Under the pieces are notes generated by a model that was given only the letters and a program-made list of their open reading frames with translations, was not told the origin of the DNA and ran no database searches. A DNA stretch of 64,000 nt from positions 128,274 through 192,273 of the forward strand of contig JBFHFF010000002.1 in assembly GCA_041583775.1 (NCBI GenBank), read 5' to 3'. Source of the DNA: Candidatus Moraniibacteriota bacterium. Lineage in GTDB: Bacteria > Patescibacteriota > Minisyncoccia > Moranbacterales > DUUL01. Shown here piece by piece: positions 39,778-49,101 of the stretch; position 1 is the stretch's first letter, and the number at the start of each line of letters is the position of its first letter. The translations under genes were made by a program, and so were the position numbers.

Positions 39778-39936
39778 TAGTCAACAGTTTATCCACAAGC
39801 AATAAAATACCTAACTAAAGCATTTGTGAAGAAAATGTGGGAAAAATAAAAAAAACTGTGGAAAACTTTCATTTTATGCTAAAACAAGGTTTTTTTGGAA
39901 AAGATAAGAATAAAATTGTTTAAAAGGTGGGGATAA
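39778..39936. promoter_or_regulatory. DnaA-box cluster upstream of rarA
   Basis: TTATCCACA at 39789-39797, TGTGGAAAA at 39857-39865; near-matches TGTGAAGAA, TGTGGGAAA, TGGGGATAA. Confidence 0.65.
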
Positions 39937-39939
39937 AAT

Positions 39940-41172
39940 GTGAAAAATATGGGAGAAATAACAAAAGGAAAGGAAAATAAAAAACCTCTTGCTGATAGAA
40001 TTAGGCCAAAAACATTAGGCGATTTTTTTGGACAAGAAGAAGTTGTTGGTAAGGAAACCTTTCTTAGAAAAGCAATAACAGACGATACCGTTCCTTCAAT
40101 GATTTTATGGGGTCCTCCTGGAAGTGGAAAAACAACACTAGCTCATATTATTGCAAACAAAACTAAGGCAGATTTCGTTCAATTAAGCGCCGTTTCTAGT
40201 GGAAAGAAGGATTTAATAAAAGTTATTAATAGTGCAAAAGAGAGGATTGAGAGTGAAAACAAGAAAACAATTTTATTTATTGATGAGATTCATCGTTGGA
40301 ATAAGGCACAACAGGACGCCCTTTTGCCATTTGTAGAGAGTGGGATAGTAACATTAATAGGCGCTACTACAGAAAATCCAAGTTTTGAAGTTAATTCAGC
40401 TCTTATCTCTCGAGCAAGAGTTTTTGTTCTACACAAGCTTTCGAAAATGGAAATTATAGGAATTATCAAAAAAACGCTCATAAGACTAGAAAGAGATGGA
40501 AAAAAGGTATTTATTGATAAGGAAGCAGTAACAATATTAGCAGACTTTTCTAACGGGGATGCTAGAATGGCTCTAAACACCTTAGAGGCTTGCATTGAGG
40601 ATTTTATAAGGACAAAAAAAGAGATAAAAAAGGAAAATATCAAAGAGGTTTTACAAAAAACACACCTTCTGTATTATAAAAACGGTGAAGAGCATTATAA
40701 TATAATCTCGGCGTTACATAAATCATTGCGAGGTGGGGATGCTCATGCCAGTGTTTATTGGTTAGCAAGAATGTTAGAGGGAGGTGAGGATCCAGTTTAT
40801 ATTGCGAGAAGGTTAGTGCGATTTGCTGCAGAAGATGTTGGTTTAGCTGATAATCATGCACTTATTTTAGCAAATGCAGTTTTTGATGCTTGTAAAAAAA
40901 TTGGTTATCCAGAATGCAATGTACATCTTTCACAATGTGTTATTTATCTTGCAAAAACCAAAAAAAGCATCTTAGCGTATGATGCTTATAAAGAAGCAAA
41001 AGAAGATGTGGAGAAGTATGGAAATTTAGCAGTGCCATTACACATTAGAAATGCGCCAACAAAGCTGATGAAAAGCCTAGATTATGGTAAGGGTTATAAA
41101 TATACCCCCAAAGAGGACAGTTCGGAGCAGCAATATCTGCCAGATGAACTAAGAAATCGGAAATATTTCTAA
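39940..41172 (+). CDS. rarA: Replication-associated recombination protein A (RarA/MgsA)
   Basis: [73 protein letters not shown]. Confidence 0.96.
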   Translation: MKNMGEITKGKENKKPLADRIRPKTLGDFFGQEEVVGKETFLRKAITDDTVPSMILWGPPGSGKTTLAHIIANKTKADFVQLSAVSSGKKDLIKVINSAKERIESENKKTILFIDEIHRWNKAQQDALLPFVESGIVTLIGATTENPSFEVNSALISRARVFVLHKLSKMEIIGIIKKTLIRLERDGKKVFIDKEAVTILADFSNGDARMALNTLEACIEDFIRTKKEIKKENIKEVLQKTHLLYYKNGEEHYNIISALHKSLRGGDAHASVYWLARMLEGGEDPVYIARRLVRFAAEDVGLADNHALILANAVFDACKKIGYPECNVHLSQCVIYLAKTKKSILAYDAYKEAKEDVEKYGNLAVPLHIRNAPTKLMKSLDYGKGYKYTPKEDSSEQQYLPDELRNRKYF

Positions 41173-41221
41173 CTCAGAGGGCTCTAAAATGAGCGCTAGG
41201 GAGTTTGAATAGAATAAATAA

Positions 41222-41311
41222 GGAGAAATGCCAGAGTGGTTGAATGGGACGCTCTCGAAAAGCGTTGGGCCCTTACAGGTCCCGGGAGTTCGAATCTCCC
41301 TTTCTCCGCCA
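41222..41311 (+). tRNA. tRNA-Ser(CGA)
   Basis: GGAGAAA/TTTCTCC stem, ACGCT-CT CGA AA-AGCGT, long variable arm, encoded CCA. Confidence 0.95.
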
Positions 41312-41347
41312 AGAATGTAAAAGAATAAGCGATAAAAAACAAAAAAA

Positions 41348-41770
41348 ATGAATCAAAAAAAGATTCTTTTCCCTGACGAAGAGATTTTAGATGGAAAATA
41401 TTTTAACACACATCAAGACTGGGAAGTGCCTATTCCTGGATTTTTTATTATGGCAAACAAAAGAAAGGTTGTCTCGATAAATAATTTCACAGATGAAGAG
41501 TATTTAGAATTTACAGAGTCTTTAAGAAGGATTAGAAAGGGAATGAAGGATGTTTTAGGGATCAAAGAGGTTTATTTGTTTCAAAACGAGGATTCAACAC
41601 ACGGATTCCATCTTTGGATTTTTCCAAGGTATGCTTGGATGGAGGAAATTGGCAAAAAAATTCAATCAGTTAGGCCTATTATGGAATATGCCACTGAAAA
41701 TATGAACACAGAAGAAGTTTTACAGAAAGTTAGAGAAGATGTGATGAAAATGAAAAAATATTTAAACTAA
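41348..41770 (+). CDS. HIT family hydrolase
   Basis: QDWEVPIPGF, NEDSTHGFHLWIFPR (variant histidine triad). Confidence 0.8.
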   Translation: MNQKKILFPDEEILDGKYFNTHQDWEVPIPGFFIMANKRKVVSINNFTDEEYLEFTESLRRIRKGMKDVLGIKEVYLFQNEDSTHGFHLWIFPRYAWMEEIGKKIQSVRPIMEYATENMNTEEVLQKVREDVMKMKKYLN

Positions 41771-41777
41771 ACAGAGA

Positions 41778-42296
41778 ATGATAGAACTAGAAAAAACATA
41801 TTTAGCAAAGGAGTTGCCATCTGGTTTAGAAAATTGTGAACATAAAGAAATTATTGATATTTATTTGCCAAAAGAGAGTAAACATCCAGTTTTGAGATTG
41901 CGTAAAAATGGGGATAAATATGAAATAACTAAGAAAAAGCCAGTTGAAGAAGGTGACTCTTCAAAACAACTTGAACAAACGATTATATTAGATAAAAATG
42001 AATTTGAAGCACTGCAAAAAATTCCTGGAAAAAGAGTTGCAAAGGAAAGATATTTATATCCATATAAAGATGTAGTAGCTGAAATTGATGTTTTTAAGGA
42101 GGATTTACAGGGTTTAGTCGTTGTCGATGTTGAATTTGACAAAGAAGATAAAAAAGATAATTTTCAGATGCCAGAATTTTGTCTTTTGGATGTGACACAA
42201 GAAAAATTTCTTGCAGGAGGAATGCTTTGTGGTAAAAAATATCAAGATATTGAAGCTGATTTGGAGAAGTTAGGATATAGCAAACTTGGTTTTTAA
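41778..42296 (+). CDS. CYTH domain protein
   Basis: MIELEKTYL, LRLRK, KERY, AEIDVF, LVVVDVEF. Confidence 0.85.
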   Translation: MIELEKTYLAKELPSGLENCEHKEIIDIYLPKESKHPVLRLRKNGDKYEITKKKPVEEGDSSKQLEQTIILDKNEFEALQKIPGKRVAKERYLYPYKDVVAEIDVFKEDLQGLVVVDVEFDKEDKKDNFQMPEFCLLDVTQEKFLAGGMLCGKKYQDIEADLEKLGYSKLGF

Positions 42297-42303
42297 TAAA
42301 AAA

Positions 42304-43104
42304 ATGTTAAACATAAATAATAGACCAATTGGGATTTTAGATTCCGGGATTGGGGGATTATCCGTTTTAAAGGAAATAAAAAAACTACTTCCGAATGAGA
42401 AAATTATCTATTTTGCTGATAGTAAAAATTGTCCCTACGGTACTAAAAAAGCAGAAGATGTAAGGAGAATCACCAAAAAAATTATAAATTTTTTAATAAA
42501 GAAAGATTGTAAAATAATTGTAATTGCTTGTAATTCAATAACATCAATGCTCATAAGAGAACTGAGAAAGGAATTTAAAATCCCTTTCGTGGGAATTGAA
42601 CCAGCGATATTAATGGCTGCAAGAGCAACGAAAAATGGTAAAATTGGTGTTTTGGCTACAAAAATGACAACAGAAAGTGATTTTTTCAAAGAAACTAGAA
42701 ATAAGGTTTTATCAAAAATTGAGATTGAGATTGAGATTGGAAGGGGTTTGGTTGAATTAGTGGAAGCTGGTGAAGTTGTGGGAAAGAGGGTAGAGAGAGT
42801 TGTTCTTGATAATTTGGCAAAATTTAAAAGAAAAGGGGTTGATCAAGTGGTTTTGGGATGCACGCATTATCCTTTTTTATTAGAAGAAATGAAAAAGTGT
42901 TTTCCGGAAATCAGTTTTATTGATGGGTCATTTGCAGTTGCTAGGCAAGTAAAAAATGTTTTAGATAAAAATAGATTTAATAATAAGTTTAAGAACGAGG
43001 CCTGTTGCGATGTTTATTTTTCGAAAAGAAGTGAAGGAATGGATTTTTTAATAAATAAAATAGATTTGAAAAAAGTGAGAAAAATGGAAGAAATCGAATT
43101 ATAA
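42304..43104 (+). CDS. murI: Glutamate racemase
   Basis: IGILDSGIGGLSV, CPYG, VIACNS, VLGCTHYPF. Confidence 0.95.
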   Translation: MLNINNRPIGILDSGIGGLSVLKEIKKLLPNEKIIYFADSKNCPYGTKKAEDVRRITKKIINFLIKKDCKIIVIACNSITSMLIRELRKEFKIPFVGIEPAILMAARATKNGKIGVLATKMTTESDFFKETRNKVLSKIEIEIEIGRGLVELVEAGEVVGKRVERVVLDNLAKFKRKGVDQVVLGCTHYPFLLEEMKKCFPEISFIDGSFAVARQVKNVLDKNRFNNKFKNEACCDVYFSKRSEGMDFLINKIDLKKVRKMEEIEL

Positions 43105-43166
43105 AAAAAGTCTGTGCCTATTGATTTTTAATCTCTTTGATGTTAAAGTGTTTTTGTGTGTTAGAA

Positions 43167-43238
43167 GCCGAGGTAGCTCAGTGGTAGAGCAAAGGACTGA
43201 AAATCCTTGTGTCGGCAGTTCAATCCTGCCTCTCGGCA
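43167..43238 (+). tRNA. tRNA-Phe(GAA)
   Basis: GCCGAGG/TCTCGGC stem, AAGGA-CT GAA AA-TCCTT. Confidence 0.95.
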
Positions 43239-43260
43239 CACTTTTTCTAAAATATAAAAA

Positions 43261-43332
43261 GCGGGTGTGGCATAATGGTAATGCATCTCCTTGCCAAGGA
43301 GAAGATCGCGAGTTCGATTCTCGTCACCCGCT
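43261..43332 (+). tRNA. tRNA-Gly(GCC)
   Basis: GCGGGTG/CACCCGC stem, U discriminator, TCTCC-TT GCC AA-GGAGA. Confidence 0.95.
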
Positions 43333-43341
43333 CAAAAAAAT

Positions 43342-43367
43342 AAAAAACTTCCACTTGGGAGTTTTTT
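43342..43367 (+). terminator. Intrinsic terminator after tRNA pair
   Basis: AAAAAACTTCC-ACTT-GGGAGTTTTTT. Confidence 0.65.
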
Positions 43368-43524
43368 ATTTTTTTGGTGTGAGCTAAAGTAGGGAATTGA
43401 GGGTTTTTTAAAAACGCAAATAGTTTTTTGTTTTTGAAGAAGCAGGTATTGAAGGAGAAGGTGAGAATTAAGCTGTTAACAGGTCGAGTGATGAAGAAAA
43501 ATTATTTTTATTTCTTTATGTAAT

Positions 43525-43724
43525 ATGTTTATTTTTTATTTTATCTTTATTTTCTTGATGTTTTTTATGGTGGGGGAGTATTAATTTTGGTAATTAAAAA
43601 GATTTTTCCTTTATTTTGAATGATTTATAGAGCGCCTTTTGTAAGGAGTAGTGACGAGAGATTAAATACTATGATTAGATTAGCAAAAATAAAAAAAGAA
43701 GGATTACGAGGGAAAGTTAAATAG
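43525..43724 (+). pseudogene. Degraded 5' remnant of a membrane-anchored SAM-dependent methyltransferase
   Basis: MFIFYFIFIFLMFFMVG, then frameshift GVLILVIKKIFPLF, in-frame TGA, then MIYRAPFVRSSDERLNTMIRLAKIKKEG; truncated before the expected DLGxGDG motif. Confidence 0.5.
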
Positions 43725-44055
43725 ATATCTAACAATAACGACAATTTTAATTTTGATAACTTTTGCATTTAACACTTATCGTGGCTATTCCGAAATAAAG
43801 AAAATTAATGAATACAAATAAAATTGCACTACAGAAAAGTTTTTTTTCGCAACCCACTCTGTGGTTAATAACATTGATTATCGCTATTTTATTTAAACTG
43901 AGATAAGGTAATACAATCTTAATTGTAAACATTAAACAACTAGAGACATTAAAGTTCTAAAACAGTATAAAGATAGGCTGTTTTTATTTTGTAAAAACCC
44001 ATTGCAACAATGGCCTGGTTGTACTACCATTAGGAGTGTAAGTTAAAACAAGAAA

Positions 44056-45261
44056 ATGCGAAATAACCTTGCAAAAATAATAGCGCTTCTAATGCTGGCA
44101 ATTGCCTTTGTTTTGTTGTTTCTTGGTTTGGTGTATTTAAAAAATGCAAAGACAGAAGAAGGTGTGGAAATACAAAAAGAAACCAATAAAATAGAAATTC
44201 TCAAAAAAGAAAAAACAAACAATAAAACAACTGAAATTGGAATTGATTTTCCAATTAAACCACCCTCAATGGAGGTTATGAAAAGAAAAGGTTGTATTAC
44301 AGACGGTCTTCTAAATGGATATGATGAAAATACTAGTGAGGCACTTAAATTAATAAATAGATCCGAATGTAGATATCTTCATCGTGCCATCGAAACTTGG
44401 TTAGAAGCACCTAATTTCATGGAAATTAGAAAAAACAAAGAAGAGATTATTAAACAAGATATGATTTATGGAATGTTTCTTGCGGAAGCGATTGATACAA
44501 AAGCGGAATATTTTTACCCAAAAGAAGGAAGAATGTTTGATTTCGACAAGATGTGCAATAAAGGAACTAAAAATTATTGGGGTGAACATACCTGTAGACC
44601 ATCAATGGCAAGAGAGGAATATCGAAAATATTTAAAATATATCACAGAACAAGCAATAGACATTGGTGTTCAGAGTTTTATGTTTGGTCAAGTTTTTTAT
44701 CAAGACAGTATTTCGAATCCAAGAGTTAGTGAAGTTATTGCTGAGATGAGAGTATATGCCAAAGCAAAAGGGATTGAAATTGTCGTTGGTGCTCAAACAA
44801 ATGACATCACAGACAAAAAATATTTGAAAAATTTTGATTATATTGAAGGTGGTGTTGGTCTTTCACCAAGCGGGGACATTGAGGAAGGCCCTTGTTTTTC
44901 TCGTTGGTGGAAAAAAGAAGGTGATTGGTGTTGGGCTCTTCTGTGGAATGAAAAATTTTCTTCAAATGTCGAAAATGTTTTTTTGCACCTAGATTGGAGC
45001 GGAAAATTAAATGATGATATGAGTACTTTCGCTCAAATGGATGACGAATTACGAGCTAAGACATTAGAAAAACTGTATACATATTTCACAGAAAAGGGAG
45101 ATGGTTTTTTGATGCCAATGTTGGCTGTTTTACCTAAAGAAAATGGCGGATGTTATGGATCCAAAAAAAGATCCTATTCCCCAGATAATAGATATTCTTG
45201 TGGAGATGAAGATGTGATTGATGAAATAATTAAAAAGGCACATATAAAGGCAAAAAACTAG
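44056..45261 (+). CDS. Membrane-anchored Cys/Trp-rich extracytoplasmic protein
   Basis: 401 aa; N-terminal TM; family not recognised. Confidence 0.75.
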   Translation: MRNNLAKIIALLMLAIAFVLLFLGLVYLKNAKTEEGVEIQKETNKIEILKKEKTNNKTTEIGIDFPIKPPSMEVMKRKGCITDGLLNGYDENTSEALKLINRSECRYLHRAIETWLEAPNFMEIRKNKEEIIKQDMIYGMFLAEAIDTKAEYFYPKEGRMFDFDKMCNKGTKNYWGEHTCRPSMAREEYRKYLKYITEQAIDIGVQSFMFGQVFYQDSISNPRVSEVIAEMRVYAKAKGIEIVVGAQTNDITDKKYLKNFDYIEGGVGLSPSGDIEEGPCFSRWWKKEGDWCWALLWNEKFSSNVENVFLHLDWSGKLNDDMSTFAQMDDELRAKTLEKLYTYFTEKGDGFLMPMLAVLPKENGGCYGSKKRSYSPDNRYSCGDEDVIDEIIKKAHIKAKN

Positions 45262-45333
45262 ACAAATAATTGATGAGTGTTAATATAAATTGGAGTAAAA
45301 AATAAACATTAACTCGTTAGGAGAGTAATAAAA

Positions 45334-46401
45334 ATGAATATTGAAAATATCTTAGAATATCAATTATGGGGGAATTTAGGGAAACAATGGTTTTTAGCGA
45401 TTCTATTTTTTGTTGGAGCAGTAATTGTTTTTAAAATTTTTTCATCCTTAATTATTTTAAAATTAAAAAAGGCTTCTGAAAAAACAAAAACAAATTTAGA
45501 TGATTTTCTTATTGAATTGATTAGAAATGTGAAACCACCATTTTATTTTTTTATGTCACTCTATGGAGCAACAAAGCTTCTACAGCTCAACGACTTAGTG
45601 GGGAAAATTGTGTTTGGAATATTTTTAATTACAACTGTTTATCAAGCAATTATAATTTTACAAAAAATAATTGATTTTTCTATTAAAAAAGCACTGAAAA
45701 GTTCGGATTCAGACGATGAGATTGATCAAGATAAGGAGGCGATTGTTAGGCTTATCGGACAATTAATAAAAACAGCTCTTTGGATTGTTGGAGTTTTATT
45801 AATTTTTTCTAACTTTGGTATAGATGTTACATCTTTAATTGCAGGTCTTGGAATTGGTGGTATCGCAATTGCTTTAGCTTTACAGAGTATATTAGGGGAT
45901 ATGTTTGCATCTTTTTCAATTTTTGTTGATAAGCCTTTTAAGGTCGGTGATTTTATTTCAATTAGTCCCACAGAGAAGGGAAATGTTGAGAAGATTGGCA
46001 TTAAAACAACAAGGATTAGAACGCTACAAGGACAACAGCTTGTTATTTCAAACAAAAAATTAACCGATAGTCCAGTTGAAAATTTTCGTAGAATGGAGAA
46101 AAGAAGGACGACATTTATTTTTGGGGTTACCTATGAAACGCCACTTGAAAAGTTAAAAAAGATACCTGAAATAGTATCGGATATAATTGAACAGGTTGAA
46201 AATGCTTGTCCAAATAGAGTGCATTTTAAAAAACTAGGAGATTCTAGTTTGGATTTTGAAGTTGTTTTTACTATGAATGTTCCAGGGTATGGAGAATATA
46301 TGGATGCAAAGCAAGAAATTAATTTCGCAATTATGGAAAAATTTGAAAAAGAAGGAATTCAATTTGCATATCCAACACAAACACTTTTTGTGAAAAAATA
46401 A
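45334..46401 (+). CDS. mscS: Small-conductance mechanosensitive channel
   Basis: SLIAGLGIGGIAIALALQ, DKPFKVGDFI, VEKIGIKTTRIRT, GIQFAYPTQTL. Confidence 0.93.
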   Translation: MNIENILEYQLWGNLGKQWFLAILFFVGAVIVFKIFSSLIILKLKKASEKTKTNLDDFLIELIRNVKPPFYFFMSLYGATKLLQLNDLVGKIVFGIFLITTVYQAIIILQKIIDFSIKKALKSSDSDDEIDQDKEAIVRLIGQLIKTALWIVGVLLIFSNFGIDVTSLIAGLGIGGIAIALALQSILGDMFASFSIFVDKPFKVGDFISISPTEKGNVEKIGIKTTRIRTLQGQQLVISNKKLTDSPVENFRRMEKRRTTFIFGVTYETPLEKLKKIPEIVSDIIEQVENACPNRVHFKKLGDSSLDFEVVFTMNVPGYGEYMDAKQEINFAIMEKFEKEGIQFAYPTQTLFVKK

Positions 46402-46436
46402 AAATAAAAATTTGAATAATTCGGTTAGTAGATTTT

Positions 46437-48269
46437 ATGGATAAATTTAGAAGTTATTGGACTAAAAATTGGCACATTTGGATGCTAATTGGGATTATGC
46501 TCTTCTCTCTCGGAGTCAGAGCTTGGAATATTGAAGACACACTATATTTTAGAATGGATCAAGCAAGGGACGCTAAATTGATTAAAGCTGCTTTTGAAGG
46601 TGGTATAGGAGAACTCCCATTATTAGGTCCACGAGCAGCAGGCTCTTTCTTGCGACTTGGTCCAGCTTTTTATTATTTTCAATTTCTGTCAGCAAAGGCT
46701 TTTAATTCAGTTGAGCCGTATGTCTTGGCTTTTCCAGATCTATTATTTTCAATTCTAACAATTCCGCTTTTTTATTATTTTCTTAGAAGTTTTTTCTCGA
46801 AAAAAGTTAGCATAGCAGTTGTTTGTGTTTTTGCCTCCTCTTTTATATTAACTCAATATTCTCGTTTTGCTTGGAATCCAAATTCGATTCCATTTTGGGC
46901 ACTATTGACACTTTTAGGAGCTTATAAAAGTGTCGCTATGAAAGATTCAAAAAGCGCTGGTAAATGGCTTTTAGTGGCAGCGTTTGGTTATTCAATTGCA
47001 AGTCAAATGCACTTTACGGCATTATTGTCATTGCCAGTTATAGTGGGCGGTTTTTGGATTTTAAATTGGCCAAAAAAGATAAAACTTAAGTTTTGGGCCT
47101 TGTCCTTGGGGATTTTTGCTTTTTTCTATATCCCAATGGCAATTAGTGAAGTTTTTACAGATTTCGACAATAGTCATCAATTTCTTTATGCACTTGCCAC
47201 AAAAGGATCAGATGAGGTGTCATTAAAAGAACAACTTGAACAATCATTGCGGTTGCATGCGAAATATTATTCGATGATGCTAACTTCTTATGGAAATTTG
47301 AAATCAAAAGAGTTTATTGCAACTTTTATTTTTATGATAGGTTTTTCTTTTTGGAGATTTAGGAGAATTTGGAAATCTGAGAAGTGGCAAACAAAAAAAG
47401 CTTTTATAACTATGGTCACTATCTGGTTTTTGGTTTTTGCAGTGCTTTATTCAAAATTAGCGATGGATATCTCAAAGCCAAGATTTTGGTTATTAATAGT
47501 TTTTTTGCCGTATATTTTTCTTGCTTTGCTTTTTCAATGGCTTGAGGGTTTTAAAAATAAGCGATTTTCCAAGACTCTTGTGATTGGAATTACAACCTTT
47601 CTTGTTTTAATTAACGCTTATGCTGTTGGTTTTTGGTATTATTCACTCAATACGCAAAATGAAATAAAAGGAACATTTTCTAGGGATCTAGAACTTAAAC
47701 AAAGTGATTTGATTGGAATAAAACAGATGAGAATGGTTGTTAATGATTGGATTGATATATCTGAAAAAAATAATAAGCAAATTTGTTATCGCTCAGAAAC
47801 ATCATATCTATATCCGTATGGATATGTCTTGGATGTATATTATCCCAACATAGAAGCTAAAAGAACGAAATTTACTGAAGATACAAATGAAAATTGTTCT
47901 TTTGTTTCAGTTAGGCACGGTGAAACAAAAGGAAAAAATCCAATTGAAAAGGCACATGTGGATGAATTTGAGGTTATTTCAAAAAAAACTTATAATAAAA
48001 TGATCACATGGGAGCTTATTCTCAAAGATAAAACGAATGAAAATATTCCAAAAGAAGAAGATGCTATAACCGTTGAGACTGACAGTGTCGAGAAAGGAGA
48101 AAATAACTCTCAAATAAATCTAAGCGACGAGAATTTAGAGGATATGACAGAAATCGAAATGGATGATGTTGAAAATCTTGAAGAGGAAGATAGTGCCCCC
48201 AAAAAACTCCCTAGAAAAGAAAGGGTTTTTTGGAAACATATTTTTGGGAATGAAGAATATGAAGAATAA
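46437..48269 (+). CDS. GT-C glycosyltransferase (GT39/ArnT/PMT-like)
   Basis: FRMDQARD, PLLGP...LGPAFYY, YSRFAWNPN; polytopic with acidic C-terminal tail. Confidence 0.82.
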   Translation: MDKFRSYWTKNWHIWMLIGIMLFSLGVRAWNIEDTLYFRMDQARDAKLIKAAFEGGIGELPLLGPRAAGSFLRLGPAFYYFQFLSAKAFNSVEPYVLAFPDLLFSILTIPLFYYFLRSFFSKKVSIAVVCVFASSFILTQYSRFAWNPNSIPFWALLTLLGAYKSVAMKDSKSAGKWLLVAAFGYSIASQMHFTALLSLPVIVGGFWILNWPKKIKLKFWALSLGIFAFFYIPMAISEVFTDFDNSHQFLYALATKGSDEVSLKEQLEQSLRLHAKYYSMMLTSYGNLKSKEFIATFIFMIGFSFWRFRRIWKSEKWQTKKAFITMVTIWFLVFAVLYSKLAMDISKPRFWLLIVFLPYIFLALLFQWLEGFKNKRFSKTLVIGITTFLVLINAYAVGFWYYSLNTQNEIKGTFSRDLELKQSDLIGIKQMRMVVNDWIDISEKNNKQICYRSETSYLYPYGYVLDVYYPNIEAKRTKFTEDTNENCSFVSVRHGETKGKNPIEKAHVDEFEVISKKTYNKMITWELILKDKTNENIPKEEDAITVETDSVEKGENNSQINLSDENLEDMTEIEMDDVENLEEEDSAPKKLPRKERVFWKHIFGNEEYEE

Positions 48270-48283
48270 TTTTTTATATTGAA

Positions 48284-49093
48284 ATGATTATGGAATTTGG
48301 TTTTACCGAAAAAGATCTGGCTAAGTGGCGGGATAAAAGTTTTTTATTTCCTGGCAAGAAAGATACCGCAGTAATTCTCTTTCATGGATGGTCAGCCCTA
48401 CCCAAACAAACAAAATCTCTCGCGCAATTTATTAATAAACAAGGTTATTTAACTTATTCCCCGCTTTTTAATGGACACGGCACACATCCCGATGATTTAG
48501 GTAGGGCAAAAAAAGAAGATTGGCTCAATGATGCAAAAGAAGCAATAAAAAAGGTCAAGTCTCAAAAAGGAATAAAAAAAGTAATTTTAGTAGGCATTTC
48601 ACTCGGTGGCAATATATCATTGCTTGTTAGTCAAGAAATGAAAATAGATGGAATAGTGCTTTTAGGTACACCAATCCACTTTAAGAATCACTTCGGGATG
48701 TGGATAGGTTCAATTTTTGTGCCATTTTTTAAAAAATATCTTAAAAAGAATTATCCAAAAAATATTCAACGGGATTTTGATTTTTTAAATGCCACCTCTT
48801 ACCAGTATTATCCTACAAAAAGTGTAAAAGAAATTTTGCGTTCAACAAGAAGTTGCGCTTTCTCTTTAAGGAAGGTAACCGCACCAACTTTTATTTTACA
48901 AACAAGTAAGGATTATGTTGTGGCAAAATATTCACCTTGGATAATTTATAACAGTATTAGTTCTAAGATAAAAAAATTACAATGGATTAAACTTCAAAAA
49001 GAAGACCATGTTTTTGTGCAAGATGAAATGAAAGATTGTTATATTTTGATTTCTAATTTTATAAATCAAATAAATTCTCAAAAACATAAATAA
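48284..49093 (+). CDS. Alpha/beta-hydrolase (carboxylesterase/monoacylglycerol lipase-like)
   Basis: LFHGW, GHGT, GISLGG nucleophile elbow, DYVV, EDHV. Confidence 0.88.
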   Translation: MIMEFGFTEKDLAKWRDKSFLFPGKKDTAVILFHGWSALPKQTKSLAQFINKQGYLTYSPLFNGHGTHPDDLGRAKKEDWLNDAKEAIKKVKSQKGIKKVILVGISLGGNISLLVSQEMKIDGIVLLGTPIHFKNHFGMWIGSIFVPFFKKYLKKNYPKNIQRDFDFLNATSYQYYPTKSVKEILRSTRSCAFSLRKVTAPTFILQTSKDYVVAKYSPWIIYNSISSKIKKLQWIKLQKEDHVFVQDEMKDCYILISNFINQINSQKHK

Positions 49094-49101
49094 ATAAACT
49101 A

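Noticed and set aside
43121-43387. 88-aa ORF in the ORF track
   Set aside because: It overlaps tRNA-Phe and tRNA-Gly entirely, so it is spurious
43747-43932. 61-aa minus-strand ORF
   Set aside because: No recognisable motif, SD or promoter; likely chance
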